From the NCBI GenBank assembly GCA_002347965.1, contig DDYN01000041.1, forward strand, positions 19,043-83,042: a stretch of 64,000 bases of DNA, written 5' to 3'. Position numbers and translations under genes: made by a program. Under the pieces are notes generated by a model. The model ran no database searches. It was not told where the DNA came from and was given only the letters and a program-made list of their open reading frames with translations. Position 1 is the first letter of the stretch. Each line of letters opens with the position of its first letter. The DNA is from Nitrospirae bacterium UBA2233 (lineage in GTDB: Bacteria; UBA2233). Of the stretch, positions 29,798 through 39,234 are shown in pieces.

Positions 29798-29835
29798 GTC
29801 TGATAGGCGGGGCAGGAATGTCCCGTCTATCAGGC
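29798..29835. repeat. Long hairpin (16 bp including 3 G:U) related to the GATAGGCGGGAC repeat family; likely bidirectional terminator between the convergent mop and M48 genes
   Basis: gtcTGATAGGCGGGGC-aggaat-GTCCCGTCTATCAggc. The arms pair perfectly apart from three G:T wobbles. It shares the GATAGGCGGG...GTCCCG core with the repeats at 44.95, 52.0 and 61.1 kb. Confidence 0.6.
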
Positions 29836-29968
29836 TTGCAACAGCCACGGGGTAGACAAAAAACGCCAATGGGGCGACACCGAGGAACCTCAGCATCCGT
29901 TTAGGCCGCATAGACAGAGCATCTCGGCCAAGCCTTCCTTGTTCAACGACCCTCTCGTTACGCCGGAA

Positions 29969-30745
29969 TCAGCGTTTGTAGTACTGGAGCGCCTCGGGGA
30001 GAAAGTCCTTTTCGATCTTTGCAAGCCTGCGCTCGTCCGAGGGGTGGGTCGAGAGGAGCTCCGGGGGCTTGCCCTGATCCTTGGTAGCTTCCATCATCTT
30101 GCGCCAGAAATCGAGCGCAGCCCTCGGGTCGTACCCCGCCTTGGCCATCAAAATGACCCCGATATGGTCCGCCTCTTCTTCTTGCTTGCGAGAGTACGGC
30201 AAGAGCACGCCTACCTGCGAGCCGAGCCCGAACGCCTGCATGACCCCCTTACGCATAAGCTCGCTCTGACCTCCAAGCCCAGCGCTCAAGCCAGCCCCTG
30301 TAACCTGAACGAGTAAGTCCTGGCTCATCCGTTCGCCCGCATGTCTCGCAAGCGCATGCGCAACCTCGTGGGATATTACCGTGGCCAGCAAGTCATCCGA
30401 CGGCGCGACCTTCAAAAGGCCCGTGTACACGGCGACCTTGCCGCCGGGCAAGCAGAACGCGTTGACTTGCTTGGATTCTAGCACGATGAACTCCCAGTTG
30501 TACTCTGGCTTCTGGGCGGCCTGGGCAATTCGTTTTCCAACCCTCTGAACGCGAGCGTTGTAGGAGGGGTTGCTAGAGACCCTCTCTTGCTTTAGAACCT
30601 CCGCAAAGGCTTGATGGCCGAGCTGGATTTCGTCAGGCTCCGAAATGAGCATCAACTGAGACCTGTTTGTGTAGGGCACGGTCTGACAGCCCGTTAGGAA
30701 TGTAAAAATGACAAAAAGAAGGCATAGGGACTTCAACCTAGGCAT
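29969..30745 (-). CDS. M48 family zinc metallopeptidase, lipoprotein
   Basis: Lipobox 'FTFLTGC', zinc motif 'ISHEVAHALARH' and the downstream 'EEEADHIG'. The longest ORF starts at 30763. Confidence 0.85.
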   Translation of the reverse strand: MPRLKSLCLLFVIFTFLTGCQTVPYTNRSQLMLISEPDEIQLGHQAFAEVLKQERVSSNPSYNARVQRVGKRIAQAAQKPEYNWEFIVLESKQVNAFCLPGGKVAVYTGLLKVAPSDDLLATVISHEVAHALARHAGERMSQDLLVQVTGAGLSAGLGGQSELMRKGVMQAFGLGSQVGVLLPYSRKQEEEADHIGVILMAKAGYDPRAALDFWRKMMEATKDQGKPPELLSTHPSDERRLAKIEKDFLPEALQYYKR

Positions 30746-31394
30746 GGGCCACCTCCCAACCAATCAGCGCTGTCACGGATTTCTGAGGGACGAGCATAAA
30801 GCCTTCTGTCAACGCTACCCCTACTCGCCAGCCTTCGACCTTTTCGAGCAAAAGGGGCTGGTAGGAGAGCGGAAAGTCGCCGTAGCCCGGCGAATATCGC
30901 ATCGTTCGGCCAAACCCGGCCCTTTTGGCCTCCGCCTCGATGCGTTCGTCTATCTTTCCGGCCATGTAATCGGCCATCCAGCCTCCGATCCTGTCGAGCA
31001 GGTAGGCGAGCGTCGGCTCGGCCTGGGTAAGCTCCTCAACCATTCGGTCTAGGCTGGGCCCGATCGTGGCCACGAGCGCGCTCACGAACTCCGCATGCTC
31101 TAGCACCTTGGCAAGCGAGAGGCTCTCCAAGGCGTCCTCCAGCCCAACCAGCCTGATACGCTCGCGATCCTTCGTCTCGATCGGGAACGTCCGGTAAATC
31201 CCCTTCCCCGCGATCAGCGTACAGGCGATGTCCACGGCCCTCTTAAGCTCGGCCTCCAGCTTTGAGTCGTGGAGATCCTCGAAACTCTTTGCCTTTGGAA
31301 TGCGAAGCTCCCTTAGGATCGCCCGTTGCTCGATTTGAAAAGGCACGTTGGCCACCAAAAGCGGAGCCTTGCAGCTTAAAGGAAAACCTGGCAT
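30738..31394 (-). CDS. Stand-alone methionine-synthase activation-domain-like (Met_synt_B12-like) protein
   Basis: '...RTMRYSPGYGDFPLSYQPLLLEKV...' and the overall length of about 218 aa resemble the SAM-binding reactivation module of MetH. Start chosen at the internal ATG (MPGFPLS). Confidence 0.55.
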   Translation of the reverse strand: MPGFPLSCKAPLLVANVPFQIEQRAILRELRIPKAKSFEDLHDSKLEAELKRAVDIACTLIAGKGIYRTFPIETKDRERIRLVGLEDALESLSLAKVLEHAEFVSALVATIGPSLDRMVEELTQAEPTLAYLLDRIGGWMADYMAGKIDERIEAEAKRAGFGRTMRYSPGYGDFPLSYQPLLLEKVEGWRVGVALTEGFMLVPQKSVTALIGWEVAHA

Positions 31395-31450
31395 AGTTAG
31401 GACACCGTAGGTATTATTTTTAACAAACCTTTTTGTGTCATTATAACCCG

Positions 31451-31789
31451 ATGCAATGCCAAAAAGCAGCAGCAAGGGCGTTCCTTTGCTTTCTATTGTC
31501 CGGCCTGATTTTGGCCCAGCACGGACGCTCGGACTGCTTGAGATGCCACGCCGCGGCGGCGTTCCCGCCCCACCATCCGGCTGCTACCGTCAACAAAGAA
31601 AGGCTCGATCGCTACCTTGCGTTCACGAAGGCCGCAAACAGCGCTCCCAGGCTTGAAGCCGGCTCCAAAATCGGCTGCACCACCTGCCATGCCGACCATA
31701 CAAAGGGGGAACCCCAGTTCGAAGGCGGCCTTGCCTATCCAGAGAAAACACTCGAAGAAGGCTGCAGAGCGTGCCATTTTTTCTCCTAG
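31451..31789 (+). CDS. Small secreted trihaem c-type cytochrome
   Basis: Signal-like N-terminus 'AAARAFLCFLLSGLILA' and three CxxCH haem-binding motifs (CLRCH, CTTCH, CRACH) within about 112 aa. An alternative start lies at 31433. Confidence 0.65.
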   Translation: MQCQKAAARAFLCFLLSGLILAQHGRSDCLRCHAAAAFPPHHPAATVNKERLDRYLAFTKAANSAPRLEAGSKIGCTTCHADHTKGEPQFEGGLAYPEKTLEEGCRACHFFS

Positions 31790-32799
31790 CCCTCGCGTTT
31801 TTTGCCGTCCTGTCCGGAGGATGCGCCTCTTCCCAAAAAAAATCGAGCCCATTGGCCTACCCGAACCCATGGATCCAATCGCTCGTCCAAACCGCCAAAG
31901 AGCCCGGACGATCGCTCTTGCAAGCCGGCTATGAAGCCTTCGCCAGCCCTCCCCAATCGGGCGGGCTAGGGTGTATCCATTGCCATTCGCTCGCGAGCGG
32001 GGAATACTTCCGGGTAATACCAAGGGACCGAACGCTTCCGCCGCTGCTGGTTCCAACCCTCTACAGCGCCTATGCGCACCTTCCAGGGTATGTTTATAAT
32101 AAGCCCATGAACCTAGAAATGGCCGTCCAAGCCTGCATGAAACGTCACTCATCCTACCTTCCGACCGAAAAGCCGCGGGTCATGGAACCCCTTCTGTACT
32201 TCATCCAGGCGCTCTCTTCGGGCCAAAGGATCGCGACCGAAGGCGGCAAGCTTCCTTGCTTAGGCTGCCATGGCCCAAGGTACGCCGCCCCCTTGAAGCC
32301 AGGGAACAAGCCCCGCTCGACGCTTCATGCCATACCCAGGCGCTGGGTCAGCCAAAGGCCAAAAAACTGCCAAGCCTGCCACCTCCACCCGTGGAAGCTA
32401 GGCGGGCTGACCTCTTTGGGGTTTGCCGTCGCGACGAACCCCGGCCTGAACATTCCACGCGCGGAGGAGGCGATGGCGGCGACGTTGAGAGTAGGGACAC
32501 GTCTGTTCCGTAGAAAGAGCCCCAAGAGCAAAACAAGCTGTGCCGCTTGCCATCCATCCGACCCGCTTCGGCCATTTTGGAGGGCTTATCGGCCAAAAGA
32601 CCTTGCCTTCGCCAAGACCAGGACGCCCATCGGCCCAAACGGGGAGGTACTCACGCTAGGAAAACGCATCCTTCTTTGCGTCCACCGCCGCTTGGGGGGC
32701 GACCAAACGTACACAACGCCCCGGGCGCTGCTTGCCCTCGAGGCGTTCGTGGCCTCCTTAGCGACGGGGCGCGAGTTTCGTTCAGGTGCCGCCTTATAG
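31771..32799 (+). CDS. Tetrahaem c-type cytochrome lipoprotein
   Basis: Lipobox 'AVLSGGC' and four CxxCH motifs (CIHCH, CLGCH, CQACH, CAACH). Overlaps the upstream cytochrome gene by 19 nt. Confidence 0.7.
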   Translation: MPFFLLALAFFAVLSGGCASSQKKSSPLAYPNPWIQSLVQTAKEPGRSLLQAGYEAFASPPQSGGLGCIHCHSLASGEYFRVIPRDRTLPPLLVPTLYSAYAHLPGYVYNKPMNLEMAVQACMKRHSSYLPTEKPRVMEPLLYFIQALSSGQRIATEGGKLPCLGCHGPRYAAPLKPGNKPRSTLHAIPRRWVSQRPKNCQACHLHPWKLGGLTSLGFAVATNPGLNIPRAEEAMAATLRVGTRLFRRKSPKSKTSCAACHPSDPLRPFWRAYRPKDLAFAKTRTPIGPNGEVLTLGKRILLCVHRRLGGDQTYTTPRALLALEAFVASLATGREFRSGAAL

Positions 32800-32827
32800 T
32801 TCAGATGACCAGATTTGGAGAATCCCC

Positions 32828-33862
32828 ATGGAGTTTTCTTCGTTCAAATCCCATTCAAGGTTCCTCGACCCACGAAGAAACTTCGCGCAGAGCGAAGTCC
32901 CCAGCGAAATCAGGGTTGACCCGATAACCCAAAGGACTTCGCGGGTCTGCCATTTTAGCCTGCCGGGCATTCCTCCGTTCGACTGGGAGAACCTCAAGAG
33001 TCCAGCAAAGAAGGGCTTCTGCCCTTTCTGCCCCGACACGATCGAGAGCGTAACCCCGAAGTTTCCCCCCGACGTCATTCCCGAAGGGAGGCTCTTCGAA
33101 GGCGAGGCGACGCTCATGCCAAATTTAATGCCCTACGACGAGCATTCCGCCGTCTGCGTCCTGACGAAGGCCCACGTTGTGCCCATCGAAGAGCTTCTTT
33201 CTTCCACGATAAAATCCGGGTTTTTGCTCTGCGCGCGCTATCTCAAGGCCGTTCGGGAGATATCACCAACCCAAGAGCCGCTCTACGGCACGCTGCACAT
33301 GAACTTCATGCCGCCCTCGGGAGGAAGCCTCATCCACCCGCACATGCAAACCTTCGCCACCCGCTTCCCCGGAAACCTCCACAGGCTCTACCTCGAAAAG
33401 ACCAAAGAGTACGCCCGCGATGGTCAAAAGAACGCGTTTAAGGATATGATCGAGGCCGAGAGGCAAAACGGCGCGCGCTACATGGGCCAACTCTCCAAGG
33501 TTCACGCGCTCACGAGCTTTGCTTCTTTTGGCCTCTTGGGCGATATTTTGTTTGTTGCCGAGGATGTCCGCGACTGGTTCGAGGATGGCGTCTCCCAGCT
33601 CGGGTATCTGGCTACGCTTGTTTCCCGCACGCTTAAGTTTTTCGCCGATTTGAACCTGATCAGTTTCAACCTCGCGTTGTTTTCGGGGGCGCCGAAGGAT
33701 GGAGGCTTTACGAGCTTTGCGCTGCTCACCCCAAGGCTCTTCATCGATCCCAGGGTTTTGGCGCCGGACGTCTCCGCGTTGCGCTTCTTGTACGACGAGC
33801 CCTTCAGCGTGGTGTACCCGGAAGACATCGCAGAAAAGCTAAAACCATACCTCAAGCTCTAA
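32828..33862 (+). CDS. Galactose-1-phosphate uridylyltransferase-like (GalT/HIT branch) nucleotidyltransferase/phosphorylase
   Basis: Zinc motif 'CPFCP' and the HIT-type active site 'SLIHPHMQ' (HxHxQ). GGAG lies 8 nt before the ATG at 32828. Confidence 0.65.
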   Translation: MEFSSFKSHSRFLDPRRNFAQSEVPSEIRVDPITQRTSRVCHFSLPGIPPFDWENLKSPAKKGFCPFCPDTIESVTPKFPPDVIPEGRLFEGEATLMPNLMPYDEHSAVCVLTKAHVVPIEELLSSTIKSGFLLCARYLKAVREISPTQEPLYGTLHMNFMPPSGGSLIHPHMQTFATRFPGNLHRLYLEKTKEYARDGQKNAFKDMIEAERQNGARYMGQLSKVHALTSFASFGLLGDILFVAEDVRDWFEDGVSQLGYLATLVSRTLKFFADLNLISFNLALFSGAPKDGGFTSFALLTPRLFIDPRVLAPDVSALRFLYDEPFSVVYPEDIAEKLKPYLKL

Positions 33863-33873
33863 AAGGAGAAGCC

Positions 33874-34575
33874 GTGCGTTTTTTGGTGTTGAGCGACATC
33901 CACGGCAGGCTGGAATACATGAAGGACATAGACGAGGAGGTTCGCCGCTCGGACTGCGTCATCCTGGCAGGCGACCTGACCCGAAAGGGCAACGGGGCCG
34001 GTCTTGCCGAGCTTGCAGGCGGCCTACGCAGGCCTGGACTCGAGATTGTTGGCGTGCTCGGCAACCTTGACCTTCCCTCGCTTGCAAAGGAATTGGAAGC
34101 GCTCGGGATCTTCAACCTGGAAACTTCGGGCAGGCTTGTGCGTGGAATCGCGTTCAGCGGGGTCGGCGGCTCCAACCCCACCCCGTTATTCACTCCTTAC
34201 GAGCGCGAAGAAGACGAAATCCGAGCGGCGCTCGTTGAGGGGGCGCAAAGCCTCAAAGGGGCAAGGCCGTGGGTTGTCGTTTCCCATACGCCCCCGTTAG
34301 ATTCGGGCTTGGATAAAACATTTTTTGGCCTTAATGCGGGGAGCAAGGCACTAAGGGAGTTTCTTTTGGAGCGGGGCCCGGATGTCTGCGTATGCGGGCA
34401 TATCCATGAGGCGCTTGGAACCGCACGCCTGGGCACTACCCTTATCGTAAACCCGGGCCCTTTCCAGTCCGGCCACTACGCGATCCTCGTCTACGAAAAC
34501 GACCAATGGCATGCCGAGCTGAAGAGCGCGCCAACAAGCAAAAATGGAACCGCGCCAACCCTCGGAAGATCTTGA
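33874..34575 (+). CDS. Calcineurin-like metallophosphoesterase
   Basis: 'FLVLSDIHG', 'ILAGDL', 'GNLD' and 'CGHIHE' motifs in canonical order. GTG start. Confidence 0.8.
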   Translation: MRFLVLSDIHGRLEYMKDIDEEVRRSDCVILAGDLTRKGNGAGLAELAGGLRRPGLEIVGVLGNLDLPSLAKELEALGIFNLETSGRLVRGIAFSGVGGSNPTPLFTPYEREEDEIRAALVEGAQSLKGARPWVVVSHTPPLDSGLDKTFFGLNAGSKALREFLLERGPDVCVCGHIHEALGTARLGTTLIVNPGPFQSGHYAILVYENDQWHAELKSAPTSKNGTAPTLGRS

Positions 34576-34599
34576 CAAAAGCCGAACGTAGGGTATACT
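34572..34599 (+). promoter_or_regulatory. Candidate strong sigma70 promoter for rho with a long (about 270 nt) leader
   Basis: TTGACA (34572-34577, overlapping the upstream TGA stop), a 16-nt spacer, then TATACT (34594-34599). The rho ATG is at 34874, preceded by GGAGG. Confidence 0.5.
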
Positions 34600-34873
34600 A
34601 CAATAAGCTTCTCAAAGCGACGATCTTGTATAGAACGCCCTGGTTACGCCCTAGCGGCATTTCATAGACTATTTTTCCCCCTAATTACACCTGGAAGGAA
34701 CCGCTTTTCCGTCCTAAACGCTATTTTGGATGCCCAAGGGGCTTTAGACGAGGCGTGAAGGTGGGCACGCTTTGTCGGCACGCCCAGCGATCGCCGCCCG
34801 CCCTGGACCACAAAGCCCCCAAAATCACTCAAGAAGTTCTATTTTTTCAACCAAATCCCAAGGCAGGAGGACT

Positions 34874-36121
34874 ATGAACCTCAAAGAACTAAAAACCAAA
34901 TCCATAGCCGACCTTACCAAGATGGGGCGCGAGCTCAGCATCGAGGGGGTTGCCTCGCTAAGACGCCAAGAGCTCATCTTTTCAATCCTCCAAGCAATCG
35001 CGGAGCAAAACGGCTCGATCTACGGGGAGGGCGTCCTTGAGATTCTTTCTGACGGGTTTGGCTTTCTAAGGGCGCCTGATTACAACTATCTTCCAGGGCC
35101 AGACGACATCTATGTTTCCCCCTCTCAAATCCGGCGGTTCAACTTGAAGACGGGCGACACGGTTGCCGGTCAAATCCGGCCTCCAAAGGAAGGCGAACGC
35201 TATTTTGCCCTCCTGAAGGTCGAGACGATCAACTTCGAACATCCCGACGCCGCGAGAGACAAGGTGCTGTTCGACAACCTGACTCCCATCTATCCGATAC
35301 AAAAGTTTGAGCTCGTAACCTCCCCAAACAACTCTTGCACGCGCATCATGGACCTGTTCACCCCCATAGGCAAAGGCCAGAGGGCCCTCATCGTAGCAGC
35401 ACCCAGAACGGGCAAAACCGTGTTACTTCAAAACATCGCGAGCGCCATCAACGCTAACCATCCGGAAGCCATCCTGATCGTGCTTTTGATCGACGAACGG
35501 CCCGAAGAGGTGACGGACATGCAACGAACGGTCCGGGGCGAGGTGATTTCTTCGACGTTCGACGAGCCGGCGACACGCCACGTCCAGGTATCCGAGATAG
35601 TGCTCGAAAAGGCCAAACGCTTGGTTGAGCACAACCACGACGTCGTCATTCTGCTGGATTCCATCACCCGGCTTGCCCGCGCCTACAACACCGTCGTCCC
35701 GCCGTCCGGCAAGGTTCTTTCGGGCGGCGTGGACTCGAACGCGCTGCATAAGCCCAAGCGTTTCTTCGGGGCGGCAAGGAAGATCGAAGGCGGGGGCTCC
35801 TTGTCGATCATCGCCACGGCGCTGATCGACACGGGATCCCGCATGGACGACGTCATTTTCGAGGAGTTCAAGGGCACTGGCAACCTAGAGATCGTCCTCG
35901 ACAGGAAGCTTTCAGACAGGCGGGTCTTCCCGGCGATCGATTTGAACAAATCGGGCACGCGGCACGAAGAGCTCCTGTTGGAGCCGGACGTTCTTCACCG
36001 GGTCTGGCTTTTGAGAAAAATCGTGAGCCCGCTCTCGAGCATCGACGCGATGGAGTTCCTGCTCGACAAAATGTCTGGAACAAACTCCAACAGGGACTTT
36101 CTAGATTCGATGAACCAGTAA
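34874..36121 (+). CDS. rho: Transcription termination factor Rho
   Basis: '[14 protein letters not shown]...', '[14 protein letters not shown]', Walker A 'APRTGKT', '[10 protein letters not shown]' and '[11 protein letters not shown]'. The upstream extension of the ORF (from 34772) has no RBS and looks non-coding. Confidence 0.95.
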   Translation: MNLKELKTKSIADLTKMGRELSIEGVASLRRQELIFSILQAIAEQNGSIYGEGVLEILSDGFGFLRAPDYNYLPGPDDIYVSPSQIRRFNLKTGDTVAGQIRPPKEGERYFALLKVETINFEHPDAARDKVLFDNLTPIYPIQKFELVTSPNNSCTRIMDLFTPIGKGQRALIVAAPRTGKTVLLQNIASAINANHPEAILIVLLIDERPEEVTDMQRTVRGEVISSTFDEPATRHVQVSEIVLEKAKRLVEHNHDVVILLDSITRLARAYNTVVPPSGKVLSGGVDSNALHKPKRFFGAARKIEGGGSLSIIATALIDTGSRMDDVIFEEFKGTGNLEIVLDRKLSDRRVFPAIDLNKSGTRHEELLLEPDVLHRVWLLRKIVSPLSSIDAMEFLLDKMSGTNSNRDFLDSMNQ

Positions 36122-36288
36122 GGCCATTCTGTCCCTCTTTTTCTCCCATTTGACTATTATTTACAATAGCGTTTGGTTTTTTTTCAAACCCCTTAAGCCA
36201 GCGTCAGCTTGACAAAGATATTTTTTGTATGCCAGTATTATAAATGCAGTATACAGGCATATTCACCCAAACCTAAAAGGAGTTCGCC

Positions 36289-37653
36289 ATGAAGCTCAAG
36301 GAAATCTTGGCTCAAAAGGTCGAGCGCTGGCGTAAAGAAATCGCCGAGCTCAAGAAAGAGTACGGCGATACACCCATCCAGGAGATCTCGGTCGAGAGGG
36401 TTTTGGGGGGCATGCGAGATTTAAAGACGCTCGTTTGCGAAACCTCGTACTTAGACCCAATGTCGGGGATCCGCTTTCGGGGGCTGACGATCGCGGAAAC
36501 GCTCGCACGCCTCCCAAAGAGGCCGGGCAACGAGTACGCCTCTCCCTTGGGCTTCTGGCATCTTTTGCTGACGGGAGAGGTACCGACGCTGGCCGAGGTT
36601 GAGGAGCTCGAGGCGGAGTTTCGCGAGCGTGAGCCCCTGCCCCGTTACGTCTACCACATGTTAAGGGATATCCCGATAGATGTCCACCCGATGGCCCAGC
36701 TCGCGGGCGCTATCCTGTCACTCCAAAGAGACTCGCTCTTTGCTAAAAAACACGAGGAAGGCATTCCCAAGGATCAGTACTGGGAGTACTTCTTTGAAGA
36801 CTCGATGAACCTCATGGCCAAACTCCCGACCATAGCGGCCAACATCTACCGGCGATGCTACAAGGGGGACACGTATCCCGACCCGGACCCCAAAGAAGAC
36901 TGGGCCGGCCAGTTCGCCCATTTAATGGGGGTGGACAGCCCTGCATACAAAGAGCTGATGCGATTGTTCTTGATCCTCCATTCCGACCATGAATCGGGTA
37001 ACATTTCCGCCCATACGGGCCATCTGGTGAGCTCCGGACTGGCAGACGTTTACTACAGCACGGGCGCGATGGTTTGCGGCTTGGCAGGACCCCTGCACGG
37101 CCTGGCCAACGAAGAGTGCCTCAAGTGGATACTCAAAATGATGGAGCACTACGGCGGAACCCCGACGCACGAGCAGATCGAAGAGTACGCCTGGGAAACG
37201 CTAAACTCCGGCCAAGTGGTCCCCGGCTTCGGTCATGCCGTCTTGAGGGTCGTCGACCCTCGCTACACGGCTCAAAGGGAGTTCGCCCTTAACCACCTGC
37301 CGGACGACCCTATCTTCAAGACTGTGAGCGCCATGCTCGATGTCGTCCCCGAGGTCCTTCAAAAGCAAGGCAAGGCCAAGAACCCATGGCCAAACGTGGA
37401 TGCCCACTCGGGCTGCCTCCAGTACCATTTCGGCGTGAAGGAGTTCAGCTTCTACACCGTCCTGTTCGCCGTCTCCAGGGCAATCGGCGTGACAGCAGAG
37501 CTCGTCTACGACCGTGCCGTCGGGTTCCCGATCGAGCGGCCTAAGTCCCTCACGGTCGACATGCTAAGGGACCTGGCAAGGGAGGTTAAAAGCAAAACAG
37601 AAGCGGAGAAAAGGCCCTCGATGGGGGTGATCAAGGGCGGAGGCTCCGAATAA
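36289..37653 (+). CDS. gltA: Citrate synthase
   Basis: 'LHSDHE', 'GPLHGLANE' and 'PGFGHAVLRVVDPR' citrate synthase motifs. RBS AAAGGAG. Confidence 0.9.
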   Translation: MKLKEILAQKVERWRKEIAELKKEYGDTPIQEISVERVLGGMRDLKTLVCETSYLDPMSGIRFRGLTIAETLARLPKRPGNEYASPLGFWHLLLTGEVPTLAEVEELEAEFREREPLPRYVYHMLRDIPIDVHPMAQLAGAILSLQRDSLFAKKHEEGIPKDQYWEYFFEDSMNLMAKLPTIAANIYRRCYKGDTYPDPDPKEDWAGQFAHLMGVDSPAYKELMRLFLILHSDHESGNISAHTGHLVSSGLADVYYSTGAMVCGLAGPLHGLANEECLKWILKMMEHYGGTPTHEQIEEYAWETLNSGQVVPGFGHAVLRVVDPRYTAQREFALNHLPDDPIFKTVSAMLDVVPEVLQKQGKAKNPWPNVDAHSGCLQYHFGVKEFSFYTVLFAVSRAIGVTAELVYDRAVGFPIERPKSLTVDMLRDLAREVKSKTEAEKRPSMGVIKGGGSE

Positions 37654-37674
37654 CACCGCCGCCTTTCCTCCTAC

Positions 37675-37704
37675 ACCCGGGTCTAAGGCCCGGGTTTTTT
37701 TTTT
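37675..37704 (+). terminator. Rho-independent terminator downstream of citrate synthase
   Basis: ACCCGGG-tctaagg-CCCGGGT stem-loop followed by a run of ten T residues (37695-37704). Confidence 0.8.
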
Positions 37705-37756
37705 GCCAGAAGGCTGGTAATCTACATGGAGACGGCTACGAACAATCGAGGGTTGA

Positions 37757-39118
37757 ATGCAGGTGAACGGCAAACGGAATCAACGGGAGTTTTATACGCA
37801 GCTTGCCTTTGCCAAGGCGGGTCATGCCACGCCTGAAATGCGCCGCGTTGCCGAAATAGAGGGCCTAACGCCCGAGTTCATACTCCAGGAGCTTGCAAAT
37901 GGAAGGCTGATCATTCCGGCCAACATCCGTCACCGTTCGCTAGACCCGATAGGCGTCGGCATCGCGCTCGCTTGCAAGGTGAACGCCAACATCGGGGCAT
38001 CTGGCGTTTGCTCGGAACTAGAAGACGAGCTTAAAAAACTGGAAGCCTGCAGGCGATTTGGCGCGGACACGGTCATGGACTTGACGACGGACAAAGACGT
38101 CCGCAGGGCGCGAGAAATCCGTAAGGCCATCCTCGAATGTTCGCCCCTGCCTGTAGGCACCGTCCCCATCTACGAAGCGCTTATCCGGGCTCATGGAAGG
38201 CCCGAGAACCTCTCGATCGAGCTCTTTTTGGACGTCATCGCCGAGCAGGCCGAAGAAGGGGTGGATTACTTCACGATCCATGCGGGGCTTCTTCGAGAGC
38301 ACCTGCCGCTTACGGCCGGTCGTATCACGGGGATCGTGTCTCGCGGGGGGGGGATCATGGCCGCCTGGATGGCCGCCCAAAGAAAGCAGAGCTTTCTCTA
38401 CGAGCATTTCGGCAGGATCCTCGAGGTAATGCGAAGGTTCGACGTCAGCATATCCTTGGGGGACGCCTTAAGGCCAGGCTCAATCCACGATGCCACCGAC
38501 AAGGCCCAGTTAGCCGAGCTGAAGACGTTGGGCGAGCTGGCCACGGTCGCGCAGGGCCAAGACGTCCAGGTGATGATCGAGGGCCCAGGGCACGTTCCAT
38601 TGGACCAAATCAAGTTCAACATGGAAATCGAGAGGGAGCTTTGCCACGATGCCCCGTTCTACGTGCTCGGACCTTTGACGACGGACATCGCGGCAGGGTA
38701 CGATCACATCGCGGGAGCGATCGGGGCCGCTATGGCCGGCATTTACGGGGCGAGCTTGCTTTGCTACGTCACACCGAAGGAACACCTTGGGCTTCCTTTT
38801 TTGGAAGACGTCAAGCAAGGGCTGATTGCGTTCAAGATCGCCGCCCACAGCGTCAACGTCGCCAAGAAACGCAAAGGGGCGCACAAGAGGGACGAAGCGA
38901 TGGCCCGCGCGCGCTTTCGCTTTGACTGGGAGGAGCAGTTTTCGCTCGCACTCGACCCGGAAACCGCCCGCGCCTACCACGACGAAACGCTGGCCGACGA
39001 GGAGTACAAGAAGGCACGCTTCTGCTCGATGTGCGGGCCTGGCTTCTGCCCGATGGCCCTAAGCCAGGACTTGAGGGCCGACGAAACAAACGTAAACAGT
39101 GGCCAAACCCCATCCTAG
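37757..39118 (+). CDS. thiC: Phosphomethylpyrimidine synthase (radical SAM, short form)
   Basis: '[19 protein letters not shown]', 'DLTTD', 'GIVSRGG', 'GDALRPG', 'MIEGPGHVP' and the C-terminal cluster motif 'CSMCGPGFC'. Confidence 0.93.
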   Translation: MQVNGKRNQREFYTQLAFAKAGHATPEMRRVAEIEGLTPEFILQELANGRLIIPANIRHRSLDPIGVGIALACKVNANIGASGVCSELEDELKKLEACRRFGADTVMDLTTDKDVRRAREIRKAILECSPLPVGTVPIYEALIRAHGRPENLSIELFLDVIAEQAEEGVDYFTIHAGLLREHLPLTAGRITGIVSRGGGIMAAWMAAQRKQSFLYEHFGRILEVMRRFDVSISLGDALRPGSIHDATDKAQLAELKTLGELATVAQGQDVQVMIEGPGHVPLDQIKFNMEIERELCHDAPFYVLGPLTTDIAAGYDHIAGAIGAAMAGIYGASLLCYVTPKEHLGLPFLEDVKQGLIAFKIAAHSVNVAKKRKGAHKRDEAMARARFRFDWEEQFSLALDPETARAYHDETLADEEYKKARFCSMCGPGFCPMALSQDLRADETNVNSGQTPS

Positions 39119-39158
39119 CGTGTAGAATACTCTTTTCAAAAAGCTCATACCTAAGAAG

Positions 39159-39234
39159 GGGGCTGTAGCTCAGTTGGGAGAGCGCCGCATTCGCATTGCG
39201 GAGGTCGGGGGTTCGACTCCCCTCAGCTCCACCA
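39159..39234 (+). tRNA. tRNA-Ala (anticodon CGC), CCA encoded
   Basis: Hand-folded cloverleaf. Acceptor GGGGCTG/CAGCTCC with the G3:U70 alanine identity pair. D-arm GCTC-AGTTGGGA-GAGC. Anticodon arm CCGCA-TTCGCAT-TGCGG. T-arm GGGGG-TTCGACT-CCCCT. 3' ACCA. Confidence 0.9.

Noticed and set aside
31493-32152. A 219-aa minus-strand ORF antisense to the two cytochrome genes.
   Set aside because: It has an Arg/Gly-rich composition and no recognisable domain. The plus-strand frames carry seven CxxCH motifs plus signal and lipobox sequences, which is far better support for coding.
34772-34873. N-terminal extensions of ORFs reported by the six-frame track: rho from 34772, prenyltransferase from 39174, comM from 18925, ABC permease to 46545, mce from 44436, mop from 29422, mtaB to 58000, mtnA from 13982, glnE from 14965.
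   Set aside because: In each case an internal start gives a homologue-like N-terminus and is supported by a GGAGG-type RBS or by an ATGA/overlap junction with the upstream gene. The extension either overlaps a neighbouring gene or the tRNA, or has non-protein-like composition.
36122-36288. AT-rich region upstream of citrate synthase containing TTGACT/TACAAT and TTGACA/TATTAT hexamers.
   Set aside because: The hexamer pairs have non-functional spacing (6 nt and 21 nt). A promoter is probably present, but I cannot place it with confidence, so no feature is called.
37654-37756. A TPP (THI-box) riboswitch expected upstream of thiC.
   Set aside because: No CUGAGA or pyrimidine-sensing helix consensus is visible, and the gap is mostly occupied by the gltA terminator. 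Its absence is reported as a low-interest finding rather than as a feature.
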